Below, in pieces: positions 13,042 through 26,306 of a stretch of DNA of 64,000 nt (positions are counted from its first letter, which is position 1; each line of letters begins with the position of its first letter). A program made the translations under genes and the position numbers. Where the stretch lies: positions 73,160,001 through 73,224,000 of the forward strand of contig OX597824.1 of the NCBI GenBank assembly GCA_951406725.2, written 5' to 3'. This stretch comes from Octopus vulgaris. Taxonomy: Eukaryota. The notes beneath the pieces are model-generated. The model was not told the DNA's origin, searched no databases, and worked only from the letters and a program-made list of their open reading frames with translations.

Positions 13042-15227
13042 TAATATGTATGAAAGGGAGTGTGTATGTGTGTGTGAGAGTGACAGAGAGACAAAAAAGA
13101 AAAACAGTGTGTGTGAGAGTCGTAATAGAGAGAGAGACACTATGTGTATGTGTGTGAGAGAGAGGGAGAGAGAGTCGTGGAGATAGAGAGAGACACTCTG
13201 TGTGTGTGCACATGTGTTTGTGTGTGTGTGTGCGTGCGTGTGTGTGTGTGTGTGCGTGTGTGTGTGTGAAAGGAAGAGAGAAAGAAAGAAATCATGTGTA
13301 TGAAAGAGAGTATGCGAGGGAATATGAGTGAAGAGGAGCGTGTGATTTGAGAGAAAGTAAAAGTACAAGACAGGGAGGAAAGGAGAGAGATAAGTGGAGG
13401 AAAATTTTATTTGATAAATACTGGAAGATAGGGACAGAGAGTGATAGAGGGAGACAAATATAGGAACAGAGAGGGTGAGAGAGAGAGGTACGAACTGAGA
13501 AAGAGGTACAGAGATAGAAAGAGAGAGAGAGAGAGAGAGAGGGAGACAGATATAGGGACACAGAGGGTGAGAGATAGAGGTAGAGACTGAGACAGAGATA
13601 AAGGAAGAGAGAGAGAGAGAGAGGGATAAGAAGACAGAGAAAGGGGGGAAAGGAATAGTGTGGCTGTATGGAAAAGAGACAGAGAGGAAAGAGAATGAAA
13701 AGGCGGGAGAGTGTGTGCGAAAGGGAAAGTGGTGGGAGGAAAAGTGGTGGGAAGGAATGTGGTGGGAAGGAAAGTGGTGGGGGAGTTCATCTGTGTGAAA
13801 GAAAGAGAAAAGCACTCAGAGGGAGAGAAAGAGAGAGAGACATACAGACAGACAGACAGAAACAGACACAAAGAGGAGCACATGTGTAAAGCGTTGACTC
13901 ATTCTGTAATGATGATCGTGATGATGATGATGATGATGATGGTGGTTGTGATGATGACGATGATGATGATGATGATGATGACGATGATGGCAACGATGAT
14001 GAAGACGATGATGATAGTGAGATGATGATCATGATGATGACAACGACGACGATGCTGATAGTGATATGATGATGATCGTGACAATGATGGTGGTGGTGGT
14101 GGTGGTGGTGGTGGTGGTGACAGTGGTGACAAGAGTGACACCTCCACTCAGATGATAGCGATGATGATGACGATGATGATTGTTAAATGCGACGAAGGCG
14201 ATTTACAAAGAAACTTACCCGCTTCACCGATCGATCAGCCGATATATTTCAGTGTAATACTGACCAGCACCACCACAACCAGCAGCAGCAGCACCACCAC
14301 CACCACTATACAAGCACTACCATTCTATCACCACCACCACCACCACCACCACCACCACCACCATCACCACTGCCACCATCACCACTGCCACCACCACTAT
14401 ACAAGCACTACCATTCTATCACCACCACCACCACCATCACCACTGCCACCACCATCACCACTGCCACCACCACTATACAAGCACTACCATTCTATCACCA
14501 CCACCACCACCACCACCACCACCACCACCACCACCACCACCACCACCACCACTGCCACCACCACCACTATACAAGCACCACCATTCAATCACTACCACTA
14601 CAACCACCCTTCCAATTAACACCTAACATCCCCACAACCATCACTATAACAACCCCCATCACCAACACCACCGCCGCCGCCACGACCACCACCACCACTA
14701 AAACTACCACCAACACCAACACCTCCAACTCTATTAGTACCAAAACACCTACCACCAATATTATTATTATATTTCTTTCATTCTATTCTCCTTTCTTTAT
14801 TTCTTTCTTTCTTTCTTTCTTTTTCCCTCTTTCACTCTCCAACTCATTCTGCCACGAAAGAAATAAACAAATAAGCAAACAAACAAAAACAAAAACATAA
14901 ACAAATAAATAAATAAAAAATATGTAAATAAATAAATAACCTAGCAACGGCCAAACCTAAACAGAAACTCCTAAAAGAGGTTTAAACACGACGTGGGTGG
15001 GGTGGGGGTGGAGGCCGTGGCGATATGGAGACCGATTGGAACCTTTTGTGCGCATGCTCAAACGCAGAAAATTCGGTCATGTTTGGACCGTCGCTATTGG
15101 CAACGCTGCGATAATAATATAAATATAACACAACACAAAGTTGTATTGAACTTCTCAACTCAGCAGCAGCAGCAGTAGTAGCAGCAGTGGTAGTAGTAGC
15201 AGCAGCAGTGGTAGTAGTAGTAGTAGC

Positions 15228-15269
<42 letters not shown>

Positions 15270-15320
15270 CTTTGTTTCTGCTCTGCAAAATCGTAACCGC
15301 CATCACCATCAGCACCACCA

Positions 15321-15380
<60 letters not shown>

Positions 15381-15511
15381 CACTACCACCACACCCACTA
15401 CCACCAATACCACCACCACCACGATCACTACTGCTACTACTACTACTACCACCAACACCACTACCACCAAAACCACAACCACCACCACCACCACCACCAC
15501 CACCACCACTA

Positions 15512-15542
<31 letters not shown>

Positions 15543-16190
15543 GGCCAGTAACAACAAGTACAAATCAATGAAGAAACCTATACGTGGTCGCTCGATATGC
15601 CAGAAATAGCAACCGAATTCCCTCAACTGCTTATCTTCTTACAAGAATAATGTACTCGATAACACCTCTTACGACATAAACAATAGCAAAGGCGAGATGA
15701 GATGGTCATAACTGGAACGTCTTGACAATGAGTCAGTTCCATCATTGCTAACCGGGAGCTAAGCAGTTTTATCAATAATATCTATTACAGTAAGAAGAGC
15801 CGACGACAGTGCCTCTATGTGGTCACATGGCCTGCTAAATATAACAGCCAAATCACCGTCAAATCGCACAAAACGGTTTTATATAAGATTGGGGGAAACA
15901 TATTAGATAAGGTAGTCCGACATACTTTGAAAGGAGGTGGTGGTCACGACCGGAATACTTATTAAGGTTGACCTGGGGCTTTAACAGCAACACAAACATT
16001 GACCACGACACAATAACAACTATATTGCCAATGGCTCTCGATCAATACATCCGCCGCCATCACTATCCTTGATAACACCGACACCTCCAACAACAACAAC
16101 AACAATCAATACTACCAACAAACATAACATCATCATCATCATAATCATCATCATCATCATCATCATAATCATAATCATCATCATCATCAT

Positions 16191-16229
<39 letters not shown>

Positions 16230-16664
16230 CACCATCATTACCATCATCATTACCAACAACCAACACCATCACCACCACCACCAATGCCACCATCACCACA
16301 ACCACCACCACCACCACCACCACCACCGTCATCACCAACACCACCAGCACCAACAGCAATATGTGCGTTGCCACCGACATATTTCCTTTCACAACATTGA
16401 TTAATGAAAGCCTTTCCACCTCTCGGACGCCTCTGGTGGTGATTTATGAGTGAAAGATGTAGTGGCCTGTCTTTTGTGGTGGTGGTGGTGGTGGTGGTGG
16501 TGGTGGTGGTGGTGGTGGTGGTGGATGTCAACTCAGAAGGAGAGAAGGTTGGAGGGGGTAGACTAAAGATAAAAGAGAAAGAGAGAGAGAAAGGCTAACA
16601 AAAGAGAACTTGAAGTGAAGTAGCAACAATGTGAAAAACTAGTTGATGGTTTGGTAGATACACA

Positions 16665-16735
<71 letters not shown>

Positions 16736-16740
16736 GGACA
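12640..16740. repeat. Low-complexity tract of (GATA)n, (GT)n, (GA)n, (GAT)n, (CAC)n, (TAG)n, (CAT)n with short unique islands
   Basis: Direct reading; source of most homopolymeric ORFs in the track. Confidence 0.9.
14935..15104. promoter_or_regulatory. Candidate core promoter: X-box, NRF1-like site, reverse CCAAT
   Basis: CCTAGCAAC half X-box ~14940-14948; GATTGG 15034-15039; TGCGCATGCTCA 15049-15060 (1 mismatch to NRF1 TGCGCATGCGCA); GTCGCT-ATT-GGCAAC 15090-15104; CpG-rich island. Confidence 0.45.
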
Positions 16741-16891
16741 GACAGACAGATATACATACATCTGCATGTAAGTATACGTGCGAACGTGAAAGCTACCAAG
16801 CTCAAACTTCGAAGTCACTGTCAAACCTTGTAAAAGTTTAATAAGCGTACTCTACCTACAAAACTTTTAAGTAATTCTTGACACAAAAACA

Positions 16892-16930
<39 letters not shown>

Positions 16931-16981
16931 GCTAAATCCACATGTTTTTTTTTTCATTTTCTCTGTTTATTTCCTCGTGTT

Positions 16982-17019
16982 CCTTTCTGTTGAAGAGCGT
17001 AGGCTCGAAATGTAAAAAA
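16982..17019 (+). ncRNA. Minimal type I hammerhead motif, CUGUUGA core (decayed), in a ~170-bp PLE-like terminal repeat (~16945-17110)
   Basis: CCTTT-CTGTTGA-A-GAGC-GTAG-GCTC-GAAA-TGTA-AAAAA; same family as 41803 and 60589. Confidence 0.55.
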
Positions 17020-17106
17020 AACTTTCTCACCTTCCCGAGCGTCAAGCTAATAAACCTGCTTGCTGTTTATACACCTGTCTACATCTTTTGTTTTTCTGCA
17101 AATTTC

Positions 17107-17173
<67 letters not shown>

Positions 17174-17889
17174 TGCATACAAAAACAAACATTAATATGT
17201 ATATATACTATATGTATGTATCTATGTATTTGAGTATTTATTATATATCATATATACGCAGTAAAAAATCCATGTTTACATATATTGAGTTAACGCATGT
17301 TAATGAAATTTCCACCATTTATGAAGTTGTTTGTAATATATTCAATGCATCAAATACATAATAATGAACAGAAAAAATATTATGTGGAAAAAAAGTTGAA
17401 CTTCAAAACGCAAAAGTTTACAACACATTTGACTCAATTGAATAATTTTCCAGATATTTTGAATAAAAATAATTTGTTTGTTTGGGTTTTTTTTCAGAAT
17501 ATCTACAGTGTTCTAAAAAAAATTCAAGAAGTTTCGTTTGTGAGCATGTATAGCCATTGCATCAGTTCTGACAATATTACCGTAGAGAGAATATCATCTT
17601 CATGGGTAAAAATAAACAAATTAGTCACGACCTCCGTGTGCATATTGTTGACCTTCATAAGAGTGGCAATTGGTACAGAAAGATCTCTGCACAGCTTAAT
17701 GTACCCCCTGAGTTCAGTTGGTACTATAATACGTAATTGTTAACAAATTCTATTCTCCCTCTAGTCCGCTCCGGTCGCCCACGTAATTAGTGGAGCGTAC
17801 AGTAAGAAAACTGGCAAGACCAGCTAATAATAGACCAAAGAATACAATCCCTACAGTCAAATTCGGAGGCGGATTAGTAATGGTATGGG

Positions 17890-18906
17890 CTTGTTTTTGA
17901 TCATAAGAGAGTAATTGAGAAAGATCCACGTAAAATCACTCGAGAACTGGCAAAAGAACTTCAAGTTAGCTAGAAAACTGCCTGCAACCATTTGCATGCG
18001 ATCGGAAAATAAAAATCGAGAAATGGGTACCACACAACTTGAATGAAAATCATAAAATGCGCAGATATGAAATTTGCTCGTCGCTTCTTCTCCGTAACCA
18101 GACCGATCCATTTCTCGACCGTATTGTAACTTGCGATGAAAGGCGGATTCTGCACAATAATAAAAAACGTCCTTCGCAGTGGTTGGACCAAAATGAAGCA
18201 CCAAAATCGTTCCTAAACCCCAAGTCTTCAAAAGAAGGTAATGGTGACTGTTTGGTGGTGTACTGCCGGAGTCGTCCAATATAAATTCTTAAAAACCCTG
18301 TAAAACCATTACTGCAGAAACATATTGCCACGAAATTTCCAAAATCAACGAAAAACTGCCACTCCTCCGTCCCAGAGTGGTCAACAAAAGAGAGCCAATC
18401 ATTCTTCATGACAATGCCCGACCACACGTTTCACACGTTTCCAGAAGTTGAGGAAACTTGGCTAGAAAGTTCTTCCCTACCCAGCTTATTCCCCAGACCT
18501 TTCTCCTGCTGACTACCACTTTTTCAAGCACCTTGATGGTTTCCAGCGAGAGGGGTTCAAAAATCAAACCGATGCTGAAAGTGCGTTCAAAGAGTTCATC
18601 AGCTCCAAAACTCCAGATTTTTATATTACCAGAATAAACAAACTTGTAACTTGTCGGCAAAAATGTGTTGATTGTATTGGTACTTACTTTAATGTATAAA
18701 ATTTCTGCGTTGTTGAAAGATATTGTAATGAATAGGCGCAGGAGTGGCTGTGTGGTAAGTAGCTTGCTTACCAACCACATGGTTCCGGGTTCAGTCCCAC
18801 TGCGTGGCACCTTGGGCAAGTGTCTTCTTCTATAGCCTTGGGCCGACCAATGCCTTGTGAGTGGATTTGGTAGACGGAAACTGAAAGAAGCCTATCGTAT
18901 ATATGT

Positions 18907-18938
<32 letters not shown>

Positions 18939-19198
18939 GTGTGTGTCTGTGTTTGTCCCCTTAGCATTGCTTGACAACCGATGGTGGTGTGTTTATGTCC
19001 CCGTCACTAAGCGGTTCGGCAAAAGAGCCGATAGAATAAGTACTGGGCTTACAAAGAAAAAGTCCCGTGGTCGATTTGCTCGACTAAAGGCGGTGCTCCA
19101 GCATGGCCGCAGTCAAATGACTGAAACAAGTAAAAGAGTAAAAGAGTAAAGAGAATTTCATATTTCAAAACGTTGCTTACTTTTTACTCAGCCTGATA
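17890..19198 (+). mobile_element. Degenerate mariner transposon interrupted by a family B SINE
   Basis: WVPHNL, DRIVTCDE, HDNARPH, YSPDLSP.DYHFF motifs across frameshifts; probable right TIR ...CTTACTTTTTACTCAGCCTGATA ending ~19198. Confidence 0.85.
18735..19153 (+). mobile_element. SINE family B, full length
   Basis: GGCGCAGGAGTGGCTGTGTGG box A, GGGTTCAGTCCC box B, CCTTGGGCAAGT, (GTAAAAGA)n tail. Confidence 0.92.
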
Positions 19199-19426
19199 TT
19201 TCCATCACAATCGCTCCAATTGTTGGTTCCCTCACTATCACCGAGGTTTTCTCGAGACGAAAGCACATCATTAACATAGCTAGGATTTCACCTTAACGAC
19301 TAGCCCTTCTTCTTCAAGGCCAGCAGATTCTTCAGACACCAACAGTTAACAATTATTGATATTCTACAAAGCTCAAGTGATATGTTCAAATGAATTTTGC
19401 TCTCGCATCTGAAACAGTGCTACTGC

Positions 19427-19500
<74 letters not shown>

Positions 19501-19940
19501 CCTATATCGCATCCAGAAAACAATCACTCGAGTGATTGACATAAGGTCACTCACAGTGACATGCGCCAACTTATGGCCAACAGGTGCGCCGTCTCCTTTC
19601 TCTGCAGTTGCTATAATGGCTTCTGCTCTTCAGACTTAGCTGGGCTAACCCACCTCCATTTAAGCATTCCCATCCCACTCATCTCCCCTTCCTCCATTAT
19701 CCTGGTGTACAAACCCTCAGGCCACCACCACCCACGCGCACATAAACATTAAGACACCTAGTCCTTTATTACCAAACGTTGGTCTTCTGGAATTCCTTCC
19801 TGGCTCATGGTTTTCTTGCAGATGTTGACCAATGAAAATTCAAGATGAACATTATTGACATCACTCAGTGATTTAGGAGGATTTGCAAAGGCCATGGGCA
19901 CTGTCCTTTGATACTGGCCCAACAAGTAAAAATAGAAAAG

Positions 19941-20831
19941 TACAGGGTAGTATCAAATCGTTCCCGGACTAGTTCTGTAGCGCGCCAACAGCTGGCAGCA
20001 TACGGTTGCGAACGTAGTGAGAGTTAACGGTGACCTTCATGAGACAGTGTGCTTAGTGACATTGCTATGTTTACTTTGCAAGTTGTGAAATTTGTGTTTC
20101 TGTAATCACGTGTATGCTGTAGTCTGTGATTTTGTCATGGACAGGAACAAAGAGCCAACGTAAAATTTTGCATTAAACTTGAGAAGTTTGCTACAGAGAT
20201 ATTGAGCTTGCTTCGATAAGGTTACGGCGACAAAGCAATGGGTCGTACGCAATGTTTCGAGTGGCATTGGTGCTTCAAAAGCGGAAGGACGGCCCTGGAA
20301 GACCTGCCACGGGGGTCACCCTGGAAATGCGGTACTGAACATTGAGAATTTGTCCCCCAGAGCCAGACTGTCCATCGAAAGTTCTACTGCGATGTTTTGA
20401 AGCGTTTGAGGGAGAACATTCGGAGAAAGCGACCGAATTGACGGAGTGCGAAGAATTGGATTCTTCACGACAATTCATCCTGTCATCGAGCTCTCCTCAT
20501 TCGTGAGTTTCTCGCCAAAAACATAGTATCGCTTCTGCACCCGGCCTATTCGCCAGATTTAACACTTGCGGGCTTCCATCTCTTCCCTAAAATGAAAATG
20601 CAACTCAAAGGTCGCTGTTTTAACATCGCTGTTGAGATTCAGAGTGAATTATAGGTCTTCAACTCACTTACAGAAAACGACTTCAAGACCGGATTCCAAA
20701 AGTGCCAGGAACGCTGGGACCAGTGTATTGCTGCACAAGGTGACTATTTCAAAGGAGATAGTGTTAAAACTTTGGTAAATAAGTTTTTATTAAACATAAC
20801 CAATCGAGGAACCTTTTGATACTACCTCGTA
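19941..20831 (+). mobile_element. Internally deleted mariner element with both TIRs
   Basis: TA-CAGGGTAGTATCAAATCGTTCC left vs reverse complement TA-CGAGGTAGTATCAAAAGGTTCC right; residual HDN..CH and YSPDL..FHLFPKMK motifs. Confidence 0.85.
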
Positions 20832-21574
20832 AGTAAAATTTTTTTTAAAGCAGTTAATGCCGTAATTGTTTAGTTTCGTTTACTTGTGGTGGATGGCAAA
20901 TGAGTTTGATGCTTTCAACCACGAGTTATTCAATATAAAATAACTGGAGCATCGACTTTATTTTCAAGAGGTGTGGCGCAGCCCGGGTTTCAGACTCTCT
21001 ACACTCTTTTGCAAGATACTCCTAAGTGGTAATAACTTTTCATTATGAGTTAGTAAAGCTATGATGCCCCACTGGTTCTTGTTTCGCACACATGGAAATC
21101 CGAGGTGGCTGCGGAGGGACTAAGTCAACAGTTGGTGAGTCAGCAATATCATCAGCAGACTTAACATCTGCAGCTGAACTGGACGAATAGATGTTGATGA
21201 GTTCTAAGTTCAAATTCCGCCGAGGTCGACTTTGCCTGTTATCCCTTCGTGATCGTCGATAACATAAGTACCAGTTGAGCACTGGTGTCCATGTATTCAA
21301 CTTAACATCTGATCCAGAATTGCCGGCCTTGTGCCGAAATTGGACGAAGTGGTTCGAAGAAAACGAGTTGATTTTCAATTATCTGCTTGCTAACGCTAAT
21401 AGTTCCCTTGAGGTTCAAAGATCTTGATAATGTTACTGAATATCAGTTTCTCTTATTAAGCCAATGTTCTAGGTGATGCTATCTAAGTGCTCTCGGATGA
21501 CAAAAGAGCTTAAGCTTCTTGGACAATGCTTTGTCACCACCACCATCATCATCATCATCATCATCATCACCATT

Positions 21575-21615
<41 letters not shown>

Positions 21616-22344
21616 AATCATCATCATCGTCAACATCATCATTATCGTCGTCGTCGTCATCACCACTGCCACCGACGACAACAACTTCGTTTACCTTTTC
21701 TTCTGTTAAAACTTGAGATCCAGGGTTACGCTTTGTGTTTCTTCACCAGGTTCTGACGTCATTTTCTGTGACTTCCGTTTCAGCTGCCCTCTGAATAGTT
21801 ATTAGATGATAATGCTTTACATCGAATGCTTTAAAATCTTCCTCTACCTTCACATTGCACAGAAGTGTTTTTCCAAGCATTGGTCACGGTAGTCCTTTTC
21901 AGGGCCTTCTTTGAAGCTGACAATTTGAATAATGATTTCAATTTTTGGCACAAGGCCAGCAAGTTCGATAACATCGACCCCAGTGGTCAACTGGTACTTA
22001 TTTCATCGACTTTGAAAGAATAAAAGGCAAAGTCGATCTCGGAGGAATTTGAACTCAGAACATGAAGACGGATGAAATGCTGCAAAACATTTTGCCCGGC
22101 GTGCTAACGATTCAGCCAATTCAGCATCTTTGTTATGTTGAGTATTACGGGCTTAAAGTAATGGTTCTAGAAGTTCTTTGTAATTGGGTCTTCTCTAAGA
22201 CTGCAGATTATCCCCTTCTATCATCTCGAGAATTTCGTCCAATTATCTCCATCGGTTACAATTACATCTTGATCCATTGAGCTGGTCGTGGACGTAACAT
22301 TGAGGGAGGCGGGGGAAGAACATGCGCCTTATTTTACCATCATT

Positions 22345-22580
22345 ACCGACAGGTCAGTAACCTTCAGAGTGAGTGGGTGCACCGTCAAAAATTAATCCGC
22401 CTTCAACAGCAGAAAGTTGATATTTACGCGCTGAAGGAATAAAATGCAAGAAAAACCAGTCATTAAAGATATTACCAGCTGAACAAAGATTTCTTGGAGT
22501 AGTAAAATGCTCTGGAACCCAGTGCATTATGGCTTTCAAAACCCGCAGTCGTGCAGATCATCCCACTACAGCTTCCACTA
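22345..22580 (-). mobile_element. pogo/Tigger-like DDE transposase fragment
   Basis: IFNDWFFLHFIP...LIFDGAPTH resembles DDE_1 motifs F.EWF...F.P and LLLDNAPAH. Confidence 0.5.
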
Positions 22581-22804
22581 GTTTTAAGAAATACATACTG
22601 TCAGCTTTTGCATAGGAAAATCTTGAAAAATATTCCTTAATTTACAATCACGTTTAGAGTCTTCATTCTTAAGAGTTCGTTTATTCCATTCCATATTAGT
22701 TAGATCTCCCAACCACTTCTTGAATGGTTCGATTCCCTCGTTTAGTGCACAGCCTGCTTCAACAAGAATAATTACATTACGCATTCTAATATTATTCATT
22801 TTAA

Positions 22805-23025
22805 GACGGCAAGCTGGCAGAATCGTTACCGCATCGGGCAAAATGCTTAGCGGCGTTTCGTCCGTCTTTTCGTTCTGACTTCAAATTCTGCCGAGGTCAA
22901 CTTTAGCTTTCAGCCTTTCGGGGTCGATAAAATAAGTACCAGTTGACCACTGGGATCGATGTAATCGACTTAACCCCCTCCCCCGAACTTGCTGACCTTG
23001 TACCAGAATTTGAAATCAATATTAT
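22805..23025 (+). mobile_element. Older SINE family A copy (others at ~21200-21345 +, ~21935-22105 -, ~24120-24290 +, ~53575-53930 +, ~57902-57995 +)
   Basis: Diverged consensus matches. Confidence 0.8.
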
Positions 23026-24309
23026 TACCCATTTCGGAATCACGGTTATTTATTCATCACCAACTTAGGAATTCATTATACCTATATGCCTAGGTAGTTT
23101 GGTAGCACCACTTTGGATTTCTATGTCACAGACGTCGTGATTGCAGAGTCGCAGAGCCGTTAATGGATAAATCATGTTGTCGTTGCCTCCTTTTGGATTT
23201 ATATATTTCGAAGTTTATACGCTTCTTAGCACCAATAGAATAATGATTAGTCATTTGTATCAGCAATATATTTCAAAGAAAATACTACTACTTCATACTT
23301 GCATATATTCGAAACTACTTGCCTTTTAGCATGAGGCTCTTCATAACCTCAAATCATCAAAGCACCAACCTCTAACCTCCTTTCAAGCGCCAACTTTAGA
23401 CTTACAGATAGGATTGCATACATCGTCTTTGGATAATTGCTTTCTGTTAAAGCCACGATGTAAAATGGAAAGCTGAAAGGGTCTTAATCACTGAAATATC
23501 AGTGAAAATTGTAAAACAGCACAAGTCGTGTTGCTTTAAGTATGGCGGATATTTTCACAGTGTGCATCGAGATACCATGCTAAACTTAGTTTAGCAGAAG
23601 TATTAACAAAAAAATATAATATGCAAAACTTTAGGCTATTTCGATGTAGCTTGATATTTATTTCGGTATGCATATCATTTGATTTTAAAATAGATTGCAA
23701 CCAGAATATACCATGACTAGCAATGTGATCCGCCTTTCCATCGCGTATGTTTTTTTTAACGCGTTTGACTGAGCCTCTGCAGATTCTGAGCCGACCCAGA
23801 GGTGAAGCTGTACTGGGTAATTAATTATCGCAAATTTGGCGGCTTTGTTGAAGATGAAGAGGGGGCATGTTAAAAAATCGATAAAGACCACCATGAAAGA
23901 AAACCTTCACCAACAAAATGAAATGAATAATCAGGGCTGACAAAGTTTTCAAATTTCCTAGCGAGCGGGAAAATGTGACTGGAAATTAATTAGCATCTCA
24001 ATTTTCACTCGTATCTTAAAATACAAAAGCATGAAATTTCGCAAAAGAAAATCTTTGTATCTTGGGTCATTCGTACCTCAAGTTAAGGCTAAAAGAAAAG
24101 GTTGCAGTCAATTTAAATGCGGAAAAATGTTCAACGACATTTTGTCCGTCTTTGCGTTCTGAGTTTTTGATGTTCATCCTTTTCGGGATCGATAAAATAA
24201 GTACTAATCGATAACTGGGGTCGATGTAATCGACTAGTCAACTCCCAAAAAATTTCAGGCCTTGTGCCTATGGTAGAAAGGATTATTTATTTACCACTAC
24301 ATGTGTTTC

Positions 24310-24491
24310 ATTTGCTAAAAGGGGTTACAAAATTGTACATGTAGGAGAAGCAAGTAAAATACCTTATATAAGAATTTCATCAGACAAGGAATCAAATAAT
24401 ACTATTTGATTCTCTGTCTGGAGAATTTCTAACAGGAGACATCTTACATGTTTCCCCTACATGTACAATTCTGTAACTCCTTTTAGCAAAT
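24310..24491. repeat. 182-bp imperfect palindrome (MITE-like or hairpin)
   Basis: ATTTGCTAAAAGG...GAATCAAATA-ATAC-TATTTGATTC...CCTTTTAGCAAAT, ungapped complementarity around 24400/24401. Confidence 0.85.
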
Positions 24492-24779
24492 AAAAAGCAA
24501 ATCAAAAGTTTTTACCAAAACATTTTTTACGGATCTCCTGTTTTGATATGTAAAAACTCTGCAAAAAAATATTTCTACTCTAATGCATATCACGGACAAA
24601 TATAACATCAATATTTGAGGTACTGGAATAAGTAGTTGTGCTTCACGGGGACACAGTTTGGATCATAGCCCTATGTACATTATATATATATATATATATA
24701 TAATTGTGTATGTGTATGTACATAAGAAGGTAAAAAGAGAAAATAGAAAGCTTTAGACAATGCGGGAAGTTTAATAAAA

Positions 24780-24818
24780 CCTTTATATTTCAGGTGCCGA
24801 GGCCCATCTTCAGAAGAA
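24780..24818 (-). ncRNA. Minimal type I hammerhead motif
   Basis: Minus strand TTCTT-CTGAAGA-T-GGG-CCTCGGCA-CCT-GAAA-TATA-AAGG; palindromic ATAT stem III; AUA triplet. Confidence 0.55.
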
Positions 24819-24843
24819 AAGAACATATAGGGTAAAGAGTAAA

Positions 24844-25175
24844 GACTCCCTTCGATCATGAATGACCATGGGATTGCACCCAGAAAGTTACCCTCCAAGG
24901 CACAAGTCCGGATAAGATTGTTTTTGGAAGACCAGTAGTTACCCATGCATACCGGCTTCCCTTCTCCATACCACTGATGTTATCCAACGGAAAGCAAAGA
25001 CCGATACAGCTTGGCACTAGTGACACTGCAATTCATTTCTACAGCTGAGTAAACTGGAGCAACATGAAATAAAGTATCTTGCTCAAGAACACAACACACT
25101 GCCCAGTCCGGGAATCCAACTCACTACCTCATGATTGTGAGTCCGATTTTCTAACAACTGAGCCATGCGCCTTCA
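24844..25175 (-). mobile_element. SINE family D (tRNA head, TTCTTGAGCAAG..ACTTTATTTCA..TTGCTCCAG core)
   Basis: Homologous to 29284-29612. Confidence 0.85.
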
Positions 25176-25187
25176 CCTGTGTATATA

Positions 25188-25408
25188 CATAGGGTGTCCA
25201 TAAATTACCTTTACAGTTTGAAAAAAATCAGAAAAAAATGAATAACTCAGTAGAATTTATTGGAAAACCTAGGCAAACAAATAAAGATTTATTAGAAACA
25301 TCAGAACACTTTTATGTGAGCTCCATTGGTTGCATGCATCAGCTGTGATACCTATTTTTTATTTCTAAATTTTTCAAATTGCAAAATGTAATTCGTGAAC
25401 ATCCTGTG
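25188..25408. mobile_element. Tc1/mariner-type MITE
   Basis: ~35-bp imperfect TIRs AGGGTGTCCATAAATTACC.TTACAGTTTGAAAA / TTTTCAAATTGCAAAATGTAATTCGTGAACATCCT in TA context. Confidence 0.7.
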
Positions 25409-25762
25409 TATGTATATATAGTGTACAGTATACTGCATTTCAAAATAATTGGAAATGTTAGTCATATCTGCTATTAAATGGGTTTCTTGTTTTGGCACTG
25501 TAAAACACGGTACTATATATTCTTTTGTTCTACTAATCTAATATATATAAAATGTAGTTACACGTACATGTATTATCCAAAGTACACAAATCAGTGTTTC
25601 GGAAATTGCATTTATCTCCTCCTTGAATTGTTCGACTGGTAGTGTGTTATGAGGTTATATTCTTATGGTACGAAATTATTTTATATATTTTGGGGGGATA
25701 CAATAATTGCCTTTTATATTGCTTCTATTGAAAAATATTTTAAGTTTCTTGTTGATATTTGT

Positions 25763-25820
<58 letters not shown>

Positions 25821-26229
25821 CTCTTTTACTCTTTTACTTATTTCAGTCATTTGACTGTAGCCATGCTGGAGCACTGCTTTTAGTCGAGCAAATCGACCGC
25901 AGGGCTTATTCTTTGTAAGCCTAGTACTTATTCTATGGGTCTCTTTTGCCGAACCGCTAAGTTACAGGGATGTAAACACACCAGCATCGGTTATCAAGCG
26001 ATGTTGGGGGACAAGCACAGACACACAAACATATACACAGACATACATACATACATACATATATACGACGGGCTTCTTTCAGTTTCTGTCTGCCAAATAC
26101 ACTCACAAGGCTTTGGTCGGCCCGAAGCTATAGCAGAAGACACTTGCCCAAGGTGCCACGCAGTGGGACTGAACCAGGAACCATGTGGTTCATAAGCAAG
26201 CAACTTACCACACAGCCACTCCTACGCCT
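25821..26229 (-). mobile_element. SINE family B
   Basis: Full-length consensus match. Confidence 0.9.
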
Positions 26230-26306
26230 ATTTGTTGATGAGTTATAACTTCAAATTCCGCCGAGGTCGACTTTGCCTGTTATCCTTTCGTGGTCGTCGA
26301 TAAGTA

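Noticed and set aside
14300-14590. ACTATACAAGCACTACCATTCTATCA repeated four times with variable (CAC)n spacers, superficially CRISPR-like
   Set aside because: Spacers are microsatellite, DNA is eukaryotic, no cas genes; a minisatellite
23080-23960. Possible hAT transposase C-terminal remnant
   Set aside because: Similarity too faint to support by eye
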